DNA of 64,000 nucleotides from Planctomycetota bacterium (GTDB lineage Bacteria; Planctomycetota; UBA1135; UBA2386): contig JBKAGP010000001.1 of assembly GCA_046290465.1 (NCBI GenBank), forward strand, positions 2,784,001 to 2,848,000, given 5' to 3'. Of the stretch, positions 1 to 10,000 are shown one piece after another (positions within the stretch are counted from its first letter, which is position 1; every line of letters begins with the position of its first letter). A program made the position numbers and the translations under genes. The notes beneath the pieces are model-generated. The model did no database searches and had not been told where the DNA came from. It worked only from the letters and a program-made list of their open reading frames with translations.

Positions 1-62
1 TCATGCGCCGCAGGCTAACGGGCTGCGCTACGGATATTGCCGACGGACCGGAGGCCGACGCG

Positions 63-851
63 TCAGAGCCCGACCGTCGCGCTGTAGGTCGTCGACAGCG
101 ACAGGCCGCTGGCCGGACAGGTGCCGAGCGACACCAGATCGGCGCCCTGCATCAAGAACGCGAACCCGACCAGGGACGGATCCGGCGGAATCCAGATCTG
201 CAGCGAGCCGCCGCTGCCGAGCACCGTCCAGTCGTGGCCGACCGTGCAGCCGCAGAACGACACGCCGAGCGGCGTGACGCCCGCGCCGACCAGCGCGATG
301 CCGACGCTGTTGACCGCCGTCGCCGTCAGCGGCTGCGAGACGGCGAGGCTGCCGGAGAACTCGAGGCCCAGGCTGCCGCAACCGCCGGCCGCGGTCGGCG
401 TGAGCGTGCCGATGCCGGCGCCGACGCTGACCGTGAAGGAGCCGGGAGGGCCGTAGTTGCCGACGCGGATGTAGTAGGTGGTGCCGCCGTTGAGCACCGT
501 GTCGATCCTGGCGCCGACGCCGTTCTGGCCACAGCTGTCGTCGTCCCCGGCGACGTAGGTCAGCTGGCCGCAGCCGCCCGAGTAGATCGCCGCGACGGCG
601 TCGACGGCCTGGCCCGTGTTGCAGGCCTCGATCTGGAACGTGCCGGTCTGCGCCGGAGTGAACGTGAACCAACGGTCCGCCTGCGGCGGGAACCACGGGT
701 TCCACGGCTCCGGGGACGCGGTGTAGCCGGCCATCGAGACGACCGTGGGGCCGGCAAGCGGCACGGCGTTGGCGCAGTCGTCGCCGACCTGCGCCGGGGC
801 TGTGGATGCCAGGGCCAACGTGAACAGGACGGGTGCCAGCGGGTTCTTCAT
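63..851 (-). CDS. Secreted protein, pre-peptidase C-terminal (PPC)-like beta domain plus lineage-type C-terminal domain
   Basis: Start MKNPLAPVLFTLALASTAPAQ (ATG 851, GGAGAAGGAA upstream); DDCANA, DRWFTFT, DDDSCG and GTTYYIRVG motifs typical of PPC-like domains. Confidence 0.7.
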   Translation of the reverse strand: MKNPLAPVLFTLALASTAPAQVGDDCANAVPLAGPTVVSMAGYTASPEPWNPWFPPQADRWFTFTPAQTGTFQIEACNTGQAVDAVAAIYSGGCGQLTYVAGDDDSCGQNGVGARIDTVLNGGTTYYIRVGNYGPPGSFTVSVGAGIGTLTPTAAGGCGSLGLEFSGSLAVSQPLTATAVNSVGIALVGAGVTPLGVSFCGCTVGHDWTVLGSGGSLQIWIPPDPSLVGFAFLMQGADLVSLGTCPASGLSLSTTYSATVGL

Positions 852-1029
852 GTTCCTTCTCCGGACGCGTCGCTGCGTGGACCGCACGGTCGGCGCGCTG
901 CTGGCAGCATAGCAGTCCTGCGGGGCGTGTGGGCCGCGGCGGCGCTCGGACCGCGTCCGGCGGCGCGCGGCGCGGAACCGGGCATCGCGCTGGCGTCGGC
1001 GCTGCCGACCGGGTACCTGTTTCTGCCCA

Positions 1030-2217
1030 ATGTTCGACAACGTCAAGGAACGTCTGCAGCAGGAGCTGAACGACATCCGCGAGGCCGGCCTCTGGAAGGA
1101 GGAACGGATCCTGCAGAGCCCGCAGGGCGCGAGGATCAAGGCCAACGGCAAGGACGTGCTGTGCCTGTGCGCCAACAACTACCTCGGCCTCGCCGACGAC
1201 GACGAGCTGAGCGCAGCCGCCAAGCAGGCGATCGACGACAACGGCCTCGGCATGGCGAGCGTGCGCTTCATCTGCGGCACGCAGGCGCCGCACAAGACGC
1301 TCGAACAGAAGATCAGCACGTTCCTCGGCCTCGAGGACACGATCCTCTACTCGTCGTGCTGGGACGCCAACGGCGGCCTGTTCGAGATCCTGATGGGTCC
1401 CGACGACGCGATCATCAGCGACGCGCTCAACCACGCGTCGATCATCGACGGCATCCGCCTGACGAAGTCGCGCCGCATGCGCTACGCGAACAACGACATG
1501 CAGGAGCTCGAGCAGCACCTGAAGGATTCGCAGGACTGCCGCACGCGCATGATCGTGACCGACGGCGTGTTCTCGATGGACGGCTACATCGCCAACCTGC
1601 CGGCGATCTGCGAGCTGGCCGACAAGTACAAGGCGATGGTCGTCGTCGACGACAGCCACGCGACCGGCTTCTTCGGCCCGACCGGCCGCGGCACGCCGGA
1701 ATACCACGGCGTGCAGGACCGCGTCGACATCGTCAACTCGACGTTCGGCAAGGCGCTCGGCGGCGCGTCGGGCGGCTTCACGTCGGGCCCGAAGGAGGTC
1801 GTCGACCTGCTGCGCAACCGCGCGCGACCGTACCTGTTCTCCAACACGCTGGCCCCGGCGATCGTCGGCGCCACCATCGCGTGCATCGACAAGCTGTCGG
1901 CGACCACCGAGCTGCGCGACAAGCTCGAGGCCAACACCAGGTTCTTCCGCGAGAAGATGACCGCCGCCGGCTTCGACATCGTGCCGGGCGACCACCCGAT
2001 CACGCCGATCATGCTCGGCGACGCCAAGCTCGCCGTCGACATGGCCGCGCGCATGATGGACGAAGGCGTCTACGTGATCGGCTTCAACTACCCGGTCGTG
2101 CCCAAGGGCAAGGCCCGCATCCGCGTGCAGATCAGCGCGGCGCACGAGATCGAACATCTCGAAACCGCCATCGCCGCCTTCACGAAGGTGGGCAAGGACA
2201 TGGGCGTGCTCAAGTGA
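1030..2217 (+). CDS. kbl: Glycine C-acetyltransferase (2-amino-3-ketobutyrate CoA ligase)
   Basis: [52 protein letters not shown] (PLP Lys), [18 protein letters not shown]. Confidence 0.95.
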   Translation: MFDNVKERLQQELNDIREAGLWKEERILQSPQGARIKANGKDVLCLCANNYLGLADDDELSAAAKQAIDDNGLGMASVRFICGTQAPHKTLEQKISTFLGLEDTILYSSCWDANGGLFEILMGPDDAIISDALNHASIIDGIRLTKSRRMRYANNDMQELEQHLKDSQDCRTRMIVTDGVFSMDGYIANLPAICELADKYKAMVVVDDSHATGFFGPTGRGTPEYHGVQDRVDIVNSTFGKALGGASGGFTSGPKEVVDLLRNRARPYLFSNTLAPAIVGATIACIDKLSATTELRDKLEANTRFFREKMTAAGFDIVPGDHPITPIMLGDAKLAVDMAARMMDEGVYVIGFNYPVVPKGKARIRVQISAAHEIEHLETAIAAFTKVGKDMGVLK

Positions 2218-3116
2218 GGACCGATCTCGACAAGCTGCGGCAGAGCGGCAGGATCAGCGCGACCGCACTGGCCCACGGCCGCGCCATGCTGACGCCGGGC
2301 GCCAGGATCGTCGACGTGCAGGACGCGGTCGAGGCCAAGATCCGTGAGATGGGCGGCGAGCCAGCGTTCCCGGCGCAGGTGTCGCGCAACAACATCGCGG
2401 CGCACTACTGCTCGCCGCCCGGGGACCCGACCGAGGTCCAGGCCGGCGACATCATCAAGCTCGACTGCGGCACGCACGTCGACGGCTGGGTCACCGACAA
2501 CGCGACCACCGTCGACCTGCGCGACGGCGACGACTCGCTGCTGTGCTCGGCCAGCAGGATGGCGCTCGAGAACGCGATCGCGCTGATGGGCCCCGGCGTG
2601 TCGCTGACCGAGATCGGCCGTACCGTCGAGGCGACGATCACCCAGCTCGGCTTCCAGCCGGTGCGCAACCTGTGCGGCCACGGCGTCGCGCGCTACACGA
2701 TCCACTGCGCGCCGTCGGTGCCCAACTACGACGACCCCAAGGCCGCGCGGCTGCGCGCCGGCCAGACGATCGCGTGCGAGCCGTTCGCCTGCGACGGCAA
2801 GGGCTACATCGACGTCGAGGGCAAGTCCGAGGTGTTCATGCTGCGAAAGCCGGTCAAGCAGAAGGACAACCTGCCGAAGGACGTCTTCGCGGCGATGGAG
2901 GCGACCGAGCGCCTGCCGTTCGCGCGGCGTGACCTGGTGCGCCTGCTCGGTGACGAGAAGCGCTGTGAGGAAGCGCTGAAGATCCTGTCGAAGAAGAAGC
3001 TGATCGACGACTACCCGCCGCTGGTCGAACGTGCGGGCGTGCGGGTCGCGCAGTTCGAGCACACCATCTTCATCGGAGAAGACGGTCCCGAGGTGATGAC
3101 TCGCCTGCCGGACTGA
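2214..3116 (+). CDS. map: Methionine aminopeptidase, type II (archaeal/eukaryotic type)
   Basis: GTG overlaps kbl stop (GTGA); [42 protein letters not shown] metal ligands; ~60-aa helical insert with LPFARRDL...YPPLVE. Confidence 0.85.
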   Translation: MRTDLDKLRQSGRISATALAHGRAMLTPGARIVDVQDAVEAKIREMGGEPAFPAQVSRNNIAAHYCSPPGDPTEVQAGDIIKLDCGTHVDGWVTDNATTVDLRDGDDSLLCSASRMALENAIALMGPGVSLTEIGRTVEATITQLGFQPVRNLCGHGVARYTIHCAPSVPNYDDPKAARLRAGQTIACEPFACDGKGYIDVEGKSEVFMLRKPVKQKDNLPKDVFAAMEATERLPFARRDLVRLLGDEKRCEEALKILSKKKLIDDYPPLVERAGVRVAQFEHTIFIGEDGPEVMTRLPD

Positions 3117-3133
3117 GTAACGTCTCTGCGACC

Positions 3134-4288
3134 ATGCGCATCGGCATCGACGCACGCGAGGGCTTCCGCCCCCATCCTCGCGGCATCGGGCTCTACGTCC
3201 GCCACCTCGCCCGCGAGTTCGCCACGCTCGCGCCGGACGACGAGTTCCGGCTCTACCACCAGCTCGTCCTGCCCGACGACGCGGAGAACCCGTTCGTGCT
3301 CGGCGCCAACCAGCGCGCGGTGCACACCGACATGCCGGGCGGACGCTACCACTTGTGGGAACGGCTGCAGATGCCGTGGCGCATGCGCCGCGACCGGCTC
3401 GACGTCTACCACGGCACCTACAACACGCTGCCGCCGCGCTGGCCGCTGTGGCAGGGCCCGCCGATGGTCTGCACGATCCACGACCTGATCGTGACCTGGT
3501 ACGACGACGACCTGCACGACCCCTACATCCAATATGCGCGCAAGGTGACCGAGCGCGTCGTGCGCGACGCGACGCTGATCCTGACGGTCAGCGAATGGAG
3601 CCGCCGCGACATCTGCGAACGGCACCAGTGCGACCCCGGCAAGGTGCGGCTGTCGCGCAACGGCCTGCCGCCGGCCGTGCTCGCCGGCGCGCCCGACGGC
3701 GCCAGCGACCGCGCGCGCGAGCAGTTCGCCGAAGGGCGCCGCTACTGGTTCGCGATCGGCGCCGGGCTCGAGCGCAAGAACACCGGCCGCATGATCGAGG
3801 CGTTCGCGCTGGCGCGGGAGCGGCGCCGGGACCTGCCGTACTTGCTGCTGGTCTCGGGGCTCGGCAAGGCGGTCGACCGCTTCCGCGAACGCGCCGCCAA
3901 GGCCGGCGTGCTCGAGCACGTGCGCTTCCTGCCCTACCTGTCGCAGCAGGACCTGATCGCCGTCTACGCGGGCGCCGACCTGTGCGTCTACCCGAGCCTG
4001 GTCGAGGGCTGGGGCATCCCGGTCACCGAGGCGCTGGCGCTCGGCAGCCCGGTGCTGACCAGCAACACGTCGGCGATGCCCGAGGCCGGCGGCGAGCACG
4101 CCCGCTACTTCGACCCGCACGACGTCGACTCAATGGCAACCGCGATGGTCGAGGCCGTCGACGACTACCTGCCGCAGTGGCACGGCATCCGCGAGCAGGC
4201 GGTCGCCCACGCGCGCCGGCTGACGTGGCCGAAGTGCGCCGAGGGCGTGCTGGCGGCCTACCGCGAGGCCGCGGCGCGCGGCCGTTAG
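3134..4288 (+). CDS. Glycosyltransferase family 4 (GT-B)
   Basis: MRIGIDAR, TIHDL, TVSEWSRRDI, RKN, YPSLVEGWGIPVTEA motifs. Confidence 0.9.
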   Translation: MRIGIDAREGFRPHPRGIGLYVRHLAREFATLAPDDEFRLYHQLVLPDDAENPFVLGANQRAVHTDMPGGRYHLWERLQMPWRMRRDRLDVYHGTYNTLPPRWPLWQGPPMVCTIHDLIVTWYDDDLHDPYIQYARKVTERVVRDATLILTVSEWSRRDICERHQCDPGKVRLSRNGLPPAVLAGAPDGASDRAREQFAEGRRYWFAIGAGLERKNTGRMIEAFALARERRRDLPYLLLVSGLGKAVDRFRERAAKAGVLEHVRFLPYLSQQDLIAVYAGADLCVYPSLVEGWGIPVTEALALGSPVLTSNTSAMPEAGGEHARYFDPHDVDSMATAMVEAVDDYLPQWHGIREQAVAHARRLTWPKCAEGVLAAYREAAARGR

Positions 4289-4310
4289 CCGCGGCGGCCA
4301 CCAGCTGCCG

Positions 4311-4340
4311 CGCGAAGCCCGCCTGACGACGGGCTTCGCG
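4311..4340. terminator. Hairpin between convergent genes
   Basis: CGCGAAGCCCG-N8-CGGGCTTCGCG perfect 11-bp stem; no U-tract. Confidence 0.45.
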
Positions 4341-4350
4341 CCGCGGGCGA

Positions 4351-7023
4351 TCAGTTGCCCAGGCGGACCTTCAGGCCGTTGGTCACGACGAAGCCCGGCA
4401 GCAGCGACTCGTCGCCGGCCGGGTCGAACACACCGGCCTGGCAGTAGACCTCGAAACCGCTGAGCGCCGGGGTCGGCGGGATCGGCAGCGGCACGGCCGA
4501 GCGGCCGGCGAAGTTGGTCACGACCGCCCAGGTCGCGCCGATGTCGGCGATCAGGATGCCGCCGGGCGTGATCGGCAGCGGCGTCGTGCCGGCCGCGATG
4601 ACCGCGACCGAGAACGGCCGCACGTTGCGCAGGCCGATGCCGAACGTCGCGTTGCCGAGGGTCGGCAGCGCCGGCGTGCCGACCGGGTACAGGTTGGCCA
4701 GCAGCCCGCCGGTCCCGGTCGTGCCCGAACCGTAGTCGTCGGCGCGCGCGGTCGCGGCACCGAACAGCACGACGACCTCGCCCGACGCGGCGTCCGAGTA
4801 GAGCACGTCGCCGAAGCCGTCGCCGTCGACGTCGGCGATGCCGACGCCGCTGACGGTCGCGGCCGTCGCGACCACGCCACCCGCAGCCGGGCCGTAGTCG
4901 GTCCAGTTGCCGAGCACCGTGACGGTGCCGGCCGTCATGTTGACGACGGCAACGTCGCGACGTTCGGTGTCGGGGTCGCTGTCGGCGTCGAGCACGCCGG
5001 TCGCGATCTCCGTCGGGCCGCGGTCGACGCTGTAGAGCACGCGCGACAGGACGCCGGTGCCGTCGTTGGTGAACGCCTCGACGCCACCCTGGCCGAGCCC
5101 GAACGCGTCGATCGCAGCGGTCACCAGCACGTCCTGGTCGCCGTCGCCCTCGACGTCGGCGATCGCCGCCCGCGCCGGGTTGTTGGCGCAGCCCAGCGGC
5201 GAGCCGGCCGCGGCAGCGAACGCGCCGGTGCCGTCGCCCAGGAACACGTGCACGCGACCGGTGGTCGCGTCGCCCTCGGCGACGACGATGTCGGCGAAGG
5301 TGTCGCCGTCGAGATCCCCGACCGCGACGTCGCGGCAGGCGACCGAGTAGGCGGCGACCAGCGCCGCAGCGCTGAACGACGTGCCGGCGCCGTCGTTGAT
5401 CAGCGTGCTGGCCGAACCGGCGGTCAGGCCGGCCGCGCCGGCGTCCGAGACCACCAGGTCGTCGATGCCGTCGCCGTTCAGGTCGCCCGCGGCGAGGCCA
5501 CTCGGCGCGGTTGCGCCGACCAGCGTGGTCGTGCTGAGCAGCGACAGGCCGCCGCCACCGTTGTTGGTGAACACGTAGACCTTGTTCTCGGTGAGCACCG
5601 GCGGAACGCTGAGCGTTAGCACGGCGACGTCGACGCCGGCGGCGCCGTCGAACTCACCGGTGACGATCGAGACCGGGTCGCCGTCCGAGTTGCCGAACGG
5701 CACGGCCGACGTCGAGAACGTGCCGCCGGCGTTGAGGCCGACGACCACGGCGGGCACGGCCCCCTGGCACATCGCGGCGAAGTCCGGATCGGTGTCGCCG
5801 TCGAGGTCGGCGACCGCGAGGCCTACCGGCGCATAGCCGGGCGGCAGCATGGTCGCGACGCCCGCGCCGAGGCCGTTCACGTAGGGCTTCGCGGTGGCGT
5901 CGACGGCGGTGCCGCCGGCGATCGCGTAGGCGCCCGGCGAGGTCAGGCCGGAATACCAGTTGCCCTCGTAGGTGGTGCCGCCGGCCGCGGTGTCGTAGGC
6001 GTCGTTGTCGACGCCGCCGAGCGTCGCCGAGAACACGTTCTCGCGCACGTCGAGGCCGGTCGCATCGAAGTTCACCCACGCGTAGAGCGCGCCGTGCACG
6101 ACGTTGCGCCGCACGGTCGCCGGGATCGGCCCCGCGGTGCTCGAGTAGAAGTAGATGCCCGACTCGTTGCCGCCGAGGTTGCAGTCCTCGATGACGACCG
6201 TCGAGGCGTCGTAGATCAGCATGCCCGTCGCCGTGTAGCTGGACGGGTCGTACCAGTGGTTGAGGATCGTGGTCCGGCGGATCTCACCGCTGGCGCCCCG
6301 GCTGATCTGCACGCCGTTCTGCGCGGCGAGCGGCACGTCCGCATGCGGGTTGCCGCGCACCAGGCAGTCGTCCATGACCAGATGCGCGTCGAAGTTCGCG
6401 GCGACGCCGCCCTTGCCGTACTCGCGCACGACGCAGCCGCGCAGCGTGACGTTGGTCGGGTCGCCGACGCCGTCGCCGCGCACGTTGACGCCGAGCGGGC
6501 CCTGGATGCCGTTGATCGGGTTGGCGCGGGCGTTGACGCACTCGACGTTGTCGAGCACGGCATCGGCACCACCACCGACCCACAGGCAGTAGGCGCGGCC
6601 GGTGCCCGGGATGCTGAAGCCCTGGTCGAGCGTCAGGTCGCGCACGTAGGTCTCGGCGCTGCCCTGCAGCGCGAGCGCGCAGCGGTGCGCCTCGACGGTC
6701 GGCGCGCCGAGCGTGCCCGACGGCAGCAGCGCGTCGATCGACGTGTGCGCCTTGACGATCGTCATGCCGACGCCGGCACCCTGGATCGCGATGTCCTTGG
6801 TGCCGAGCACGAGGCTGCCCTGTTCGTCACCGTAGGTGGCGGCGAACAGGTGCACGACGTCACCGGCGGTGGCGACGGAGACCGCATGGTTGATGGTCTG
6901 GAACGGCATCGTCTCGGTGCCGGGGTCGGCGTCGTTGCCGGTGGGGCTTACCCACCAGTGGTTCTGGGCCGAGGCCGATGCGGCGAGCGCCATCGCGAAC
7001 GCGATGGAAAGAGGTCTGTTCAT
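4351..7023 (-). CDS. Secreted DUF1565/right-handed beta-helix plus FG-GAP (VCBS) repeat protein with C-terminal domain
   Basis: Signal peptide MNRPLSIAFAMALAASASAQ, AGGAG RBS; WWVSPTGND..PGT..PFQTI (DUF1565-like); beta-helix repeats; multiple DLDGD/DFDG/DLNGDG FG-GAP motifs. Confidence 0.85.
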   Translation of the reverse strand: MNRPLSIAFAMALAASASAQNHWWVSPTGNDADPGTETMPFQTINHAVSVATAGDVVHLFAATYGDEQGSLVLGTKDIAIQGAGVGMTIVKAHTSIDALLPSGTLGAPTVEAHRCALALQGSAETYVRDLTLDQGFSIPGTGRAYCLWVGGGADAVLDNVECVNARANPINGIQGPLGVNVRGDGVGDPTNVTLRGCVVREYGKGGVAANFDAHLVMDDCLVRGNPHADVPLAAQNGVQISRGASGEIRRTTILNHWYDPSSYTATGMLIYDASTVVIEDCNLGGNESGIYFYSSTAGPIPATVRRNVVHGALYAWVNFDATGLDVRENVFSATLGGVDNDAYDTAAGGTTYEGNWYSGLTSPGAYAIAGGTAVDATAKPYVNGLGAGVATMLPPGYAPVGLAVADLDGDTDPDFAAMCQGAVPAVVVGLNAGGTFSTSAVPFGNSDGDPVSIVTGEFDGAAGVDVAVLTLSVPPVLTENKVYVFTNNGGGGLSLLSTTTLVGATAPSGLAAGDLNGDGIDDLVVSDAGAAGLTAGSASTLINDGAGTSFSAAALVAAYSVACRDVAVGDLDGDTFADIVVAEGDATTGRVHVFLGDGTGAFAAAAGSPLGCANNPARAAIADVEGDGDQDVLVTAAIDAFGLGQGGVEAFTNDGTGVLSRVLYSVDRGPTEIATGVLDADSDPDTERRDVAVVNMTAGTVTVLGNWTDYGPAAGGVVATAATVSGVGIADVDGDGFGDVLYSDAASGEVVVLFGAATARADDYGSGTTGTGGLLANLYPVGTPALPTLGNATFGIGLRNVRPFSVAVIAAGTTPLPITPGGILIADIGATWAVVTNFAGRSAVPLPIPPTPALSGFEVYCQAGVFDPAGDESLLPGFVVTNGLKVRLGN

Positions 7024-7044
7024 GGTCAACTCCTGGAGGTTGAG

Positions 7045-7073
7045 CGAGGGAGAACGAGGGAGAACGAGGGAAC
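7045..7073. repeat. Short tandem repeat CGAGGGAGAA x~3 between the paralogs
   Basis: cgagggagaa cgagggagaa cgagggaac. Confidence 0.6.
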
Positions 7074-7084
7074 GGGACAGGGCT

Positions 7085-9745
7085 TCAGTTGCCGACCCGC
7101 AGCCCGACCGCGGCGGTCAGGCTGAAGTCCGGCAGGAAGGAGGTGGTGGCGGCGAAGTCGAACACGCCGGCCTGCGCGTAGAACTGCAGGCCGTTGGCGA
7201 CCGGCACCGCCGGCAGCGGCAGCGCGAACGAGCCGCGACCGGCGCCGTCGAGCAGCGACGCGAACAGGAACACCGGCACGCCGAGCAGGTACTGGCACGG
7301 CTGCAGCACCGGCGCGACGTCGAGCGCGACCGCGCAGCCGGCGACGCTGTTGGGGAAGCCGTCGAGCAGGTCGAAGCGCAGCGTCGCGTTGGGCTGCACG
7401 GCGAGGCCCGGCGAGCCGCCGACGCGCAGCCGCGGCGTGCGGCCACCGGTGCCGGGGCAGCCCTGCCCGAGCGTCTGCACGCGCGCGGACGGCACGCCGG
7501 CCAGCAGCGCCACGCCGCCGCGCGACGGCTCGGCGACGATCAGGTCGCGGTAGCCGTCGAGGTCGAGGTCGGCGGCGACCACGTCGGTCGGAGCATCCAC
7601 GGCCGTGACCAGCCCGCCGTCGACGAAGCCGACACCGGCCAGGTGCGATCCGAACCGCGTCAGGTCGGAGGCCGCGCGGTTGAGCACGATCACGTCGGGG
7701 CCGGTCGGCGACGGGAACGTGTCGGCCCCGAAGTCGTCGGCGACCACGCGCCGCGGCCCGTGGTCGGTCGGCAGCGCCGCCGCCGGCTGCAGCGCACCGG
7801 CGACGTTGTCGAGGATCTGCAGCACGCCGCGCTGCAGCGGCAAGCCGCCGCCGAGCGCCGCGACCAGCACGTCGCGATCGCCGTCGCCGTCGTGGTCGGC
7901 GACCGTGACCGCGGTCGGCGAGTCCGGCAGCGGCGAGGCGCCGGTCGCGACCAGGCCGCCGACGCCGTCCCCGACGAAGCGCCGCAGTTCGCTGGCCGCA
8001 CCGGTGCCGCCGACCACGACCACGTCGTCGATCAGGTCGCCGTCGAGGTCGCCGCTGGCAACCGCGGTGACCGAACCCGAGAACGTCCCCGGCAGCGGCG
8101 TCGGCACCCAGTTGACCCCGTCGAACGCGTTGACGAACGACGTGCCGCCGCCCGCGGCCAGCGTCGGCGCGCCGCGATCGACGACGACCAGGTCGTCGCG
8201 CGCATCGCCGTTGAGGCGCACGACCCCGAGGTCACTCGGGTCGGCCATCGCGGCCAGCGGTTCTTGGTGCAGCAGCGACAGGCCGCCGCTGCCGTCGTTG
8301 GCGAACACCCAGAAGGCCGCACCGTTGGGCAGCGGTGGCGACGGTGCCGTCAGCGCGACGACGTCGGCGCCGACCGCGCCGTCGAACTCACCGACGAGCA
8401 GGCGGACCGGCCGCAGCGCGGCCCCGCCGAGCGGCGCCACCGCCAGCTGGTAGCCGGTCGGTCGCCACAGCGCCACGGTCAGCGCGGCGCCGTTGCCGAC
8501 GTGGTCGAGCGTCGCGAAGTCCTCGCGCCCGTCGCCGTCGAAGTCGGCCGCGACCACGGCGACCGGCGCGCCACCGCAGACCACGCGCTGCGGATCGGCG
8601 AACGTTCCGATGCCGGCGAACGCCGCCGCGTCCGCGCTGCCCCCGCCGGCGATCGGCACCGGGGCGGTGGCCTCTGCTACCGGGACCGGAAAGCGGTTGC
8701 CGGCCCACGCGTTGCCCGCCGCGGTGTCGTCGAAGGCGACCAGCGGATCGAAGCGCGAGACCGGCGACAGGGCGTTGCCGCGGACCAGCAGGCCGGAGAC
8801 GCCCGACAGGCGGATCGCGGTGTCGACCGCGCTGATCCGGTTGTGCGAGACCTCGCCCGGCACGATCGACGGCGGCTGGTGTTCGAAGTCGATGCCGACC
8901 GCGCAGCCGGAGATGCGGTTGGCGTCGAGCACGCAGCCGGTGGTCGGCTGCCGCAGACGCACGCCGGCGCCGCCGCCACCGCCGCACGCCAGCAGGCGGC
9001 ACGCATGCACGCGCAGCCGCGCGTCGTCGGCGACCGTGACGGCGACCTGGTCGACGCTCGCCGCAGCACCGCCGCCGACGGCGAGGCACTCCTGCAGGTC
9101 CAGCTCGGCGCGCAGCCGCCCGAACACGCCACCGTCGCCGAAGCCGCGCAGTTCGCACAGGCGCAGGAACAGCGTGGTCGGATCGATCGCGACGCTGCCT
9201 TCGACGACGACCGCGTGCGCACGGCCGCCCGGCGCGTTGCCGGCGCGGCAGTCGCGCAGCGCGCAGCGGTCGACGACGACGTCGGCGCCGCCGCGCAGGT
9301 AGAGCCCGGCGAGGTGTCCGCTCGGCGCGGCGTTCGCCTGGGCGTCGATCGTCAGGTCGCGCAGGTGCACGCGCGCCGGGCCGTCGACCAGCACGCCGAC
9401 GCGATGCGCGACGGCGGCGCCGCCACCGATCTGCGCCGGCGGCAGCGGCGCGGTCGCCGAGGCGTGCGGCCGCAGGATCGTGGCACCGACGCCCGCCCCC
9501 TGCAGCACGAGGTCCTTGCCGCCGAGCGTGACGAGGCCCTGTTCGTCGCCGAACACCCCCGCCTGCAGGAACAGCGTCTGCCCCGACGACGCGACCGACG
9601 CGGCGTGCTGGATCGTGCGGAACGGTGCCGACGGGGTGCCGGCGGCCGCGTCGCTGCCGCTGGGCGAGACGTGCCACTGCGCCGGCAGCAGCGCGGAGAT
9701 CGAGACGGCGGCGAGGAACGAGACGGCGAGGGCGGGTGCTTGCAT
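7085..9745 (-). CDS. Paralog of 4351..7023: DUF1565/beta-helix plus FG-GAP repeat secreted protein
   Basis: MQAPALAVSFLAAVSISALLPAQ; WHVSPSGSD..GT..PFRTI; GDEQGLVTLGGKD shared with neighbour; FG-GAP repeats; same C-terminus (QAGVFD...VGN). Confidence 0.85.
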   Translation of the reverse strand: MQAPALAVSFLAAVSISALLPAQWHVSPSGSDAAAGTPSAPFRTIQHAASVASSGQTLFLQAGVFGDEQGLVTLGGKDLVLQGAGVGATILRPHASATAPLPPAQIGGGAAVAHRVGVLVDGPARVHLRDLTIDAQANAAPSGHLAGLYLRGGADVVVDRCALRDCRAGNAPGGRAHAVVVEGSVAIDPTTLFLRLCELRGFGDGGVFGRLRAELDLQECLAVGGGAAASVDQVAVTVADDARLRVHACRLLACGGGGGAGVRLRQPTTGCVLDANRISGCAVGIDFEHQPPSIVPGEVSHNRISAVDTAIRLSGVSGLLVRGNALSPVSRFDPLVAFDDTAAGNAWAGNRFPVPVAEATAPVPIAGGGSADAAAFAGIGTFADPQRVVCGGAPVAVVAADFDGDGREDFATLDHVGNGAALTVALWRPTGYQLAVAPLGGAALRPVRLLVGEFDGAVGADVVALTAPSPPLPNGAAFWVFANDGSGGLSLLHQEPLAAMADPSDLGVVRLNGDARDDLVVVDRGAPTLAAGGGTSFVNAFDGVNWVPTPLPGTFSGSVTAVASGDLDGDLIDDVVVVGGTGAASELRRFVGDGVGGLVATGASPLPDSPTAVTVADHDGDGDRDVLVAALGGGLPLQRGVLQILDNVAGALQPAAALPTDHGPRRVVADDFGADTFPSPTGPDVIVLNRAASDLTRFGSHLAGVGFVDGGLVTAVDAPTDVVAADLDLDGYRDLIVAEPSRGGVALLAGVPSARVQTLGQGCPGTGGRTPRLRVGGSPGLAVQPNATLRFDLLDGFPNSVAGCAVALDVAPVLQPCQYLLGVPVFLFASLLDGAGRGSFALPLPAVPVANGLQFYAQAGVFDFAATTSFLPDFSLTAAVGLRVGN

Positions 9746-9890
9746 GAAACGGCGCCCCGACCAGTTCGACGGATGGGACACTCCTCCAAACGGCGGACCA
9801 TAGGCACGTGGGACATGCGACCACGCACCGAATGGGATCTTGACACCTCGTTACATACTGTGCCGCGGCAACTACGAACGATGCCCCACC

Positions 9891-9971
9891 AGGTAGCCTG
9901 CGACTGCGGTCATCCTCCAGCGCTGCGCGCGGCGAGAGTTGGAGGATGAACCGCGTACCGTACGGCTACTT
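9891..9971. other. Long imperfect hairpin in intergenic region (candidate structured RNA)
   Basis: AGGTAGCC/GGCTACTT and GCGGT-CATCCTCCAGC/GTTGGAGGATG-A-ACCGC nested stems. Confidence 0.4.
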
Positions 9972-10000
9972 TCCCCGACCAGCTGGTCCCGCAGCCTGGA

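Noticed and set aside
3..2213. 1037-aa ORF 3..3116 as one protein
   Set aside because: The first 737 codons are an Arg-rich shadow frame over kbl and the antisense gene; only 2214-3116 has MetAP motifs.
6836..9949. Long alternative ORFs (e.g. 6836..9949, 26928..29537, 27104..30253, 30488..33007, 51152..52930)
   Set aside because: Antisense or off-frame shadows of well-supported genes, expected at this GC content; no motifs.
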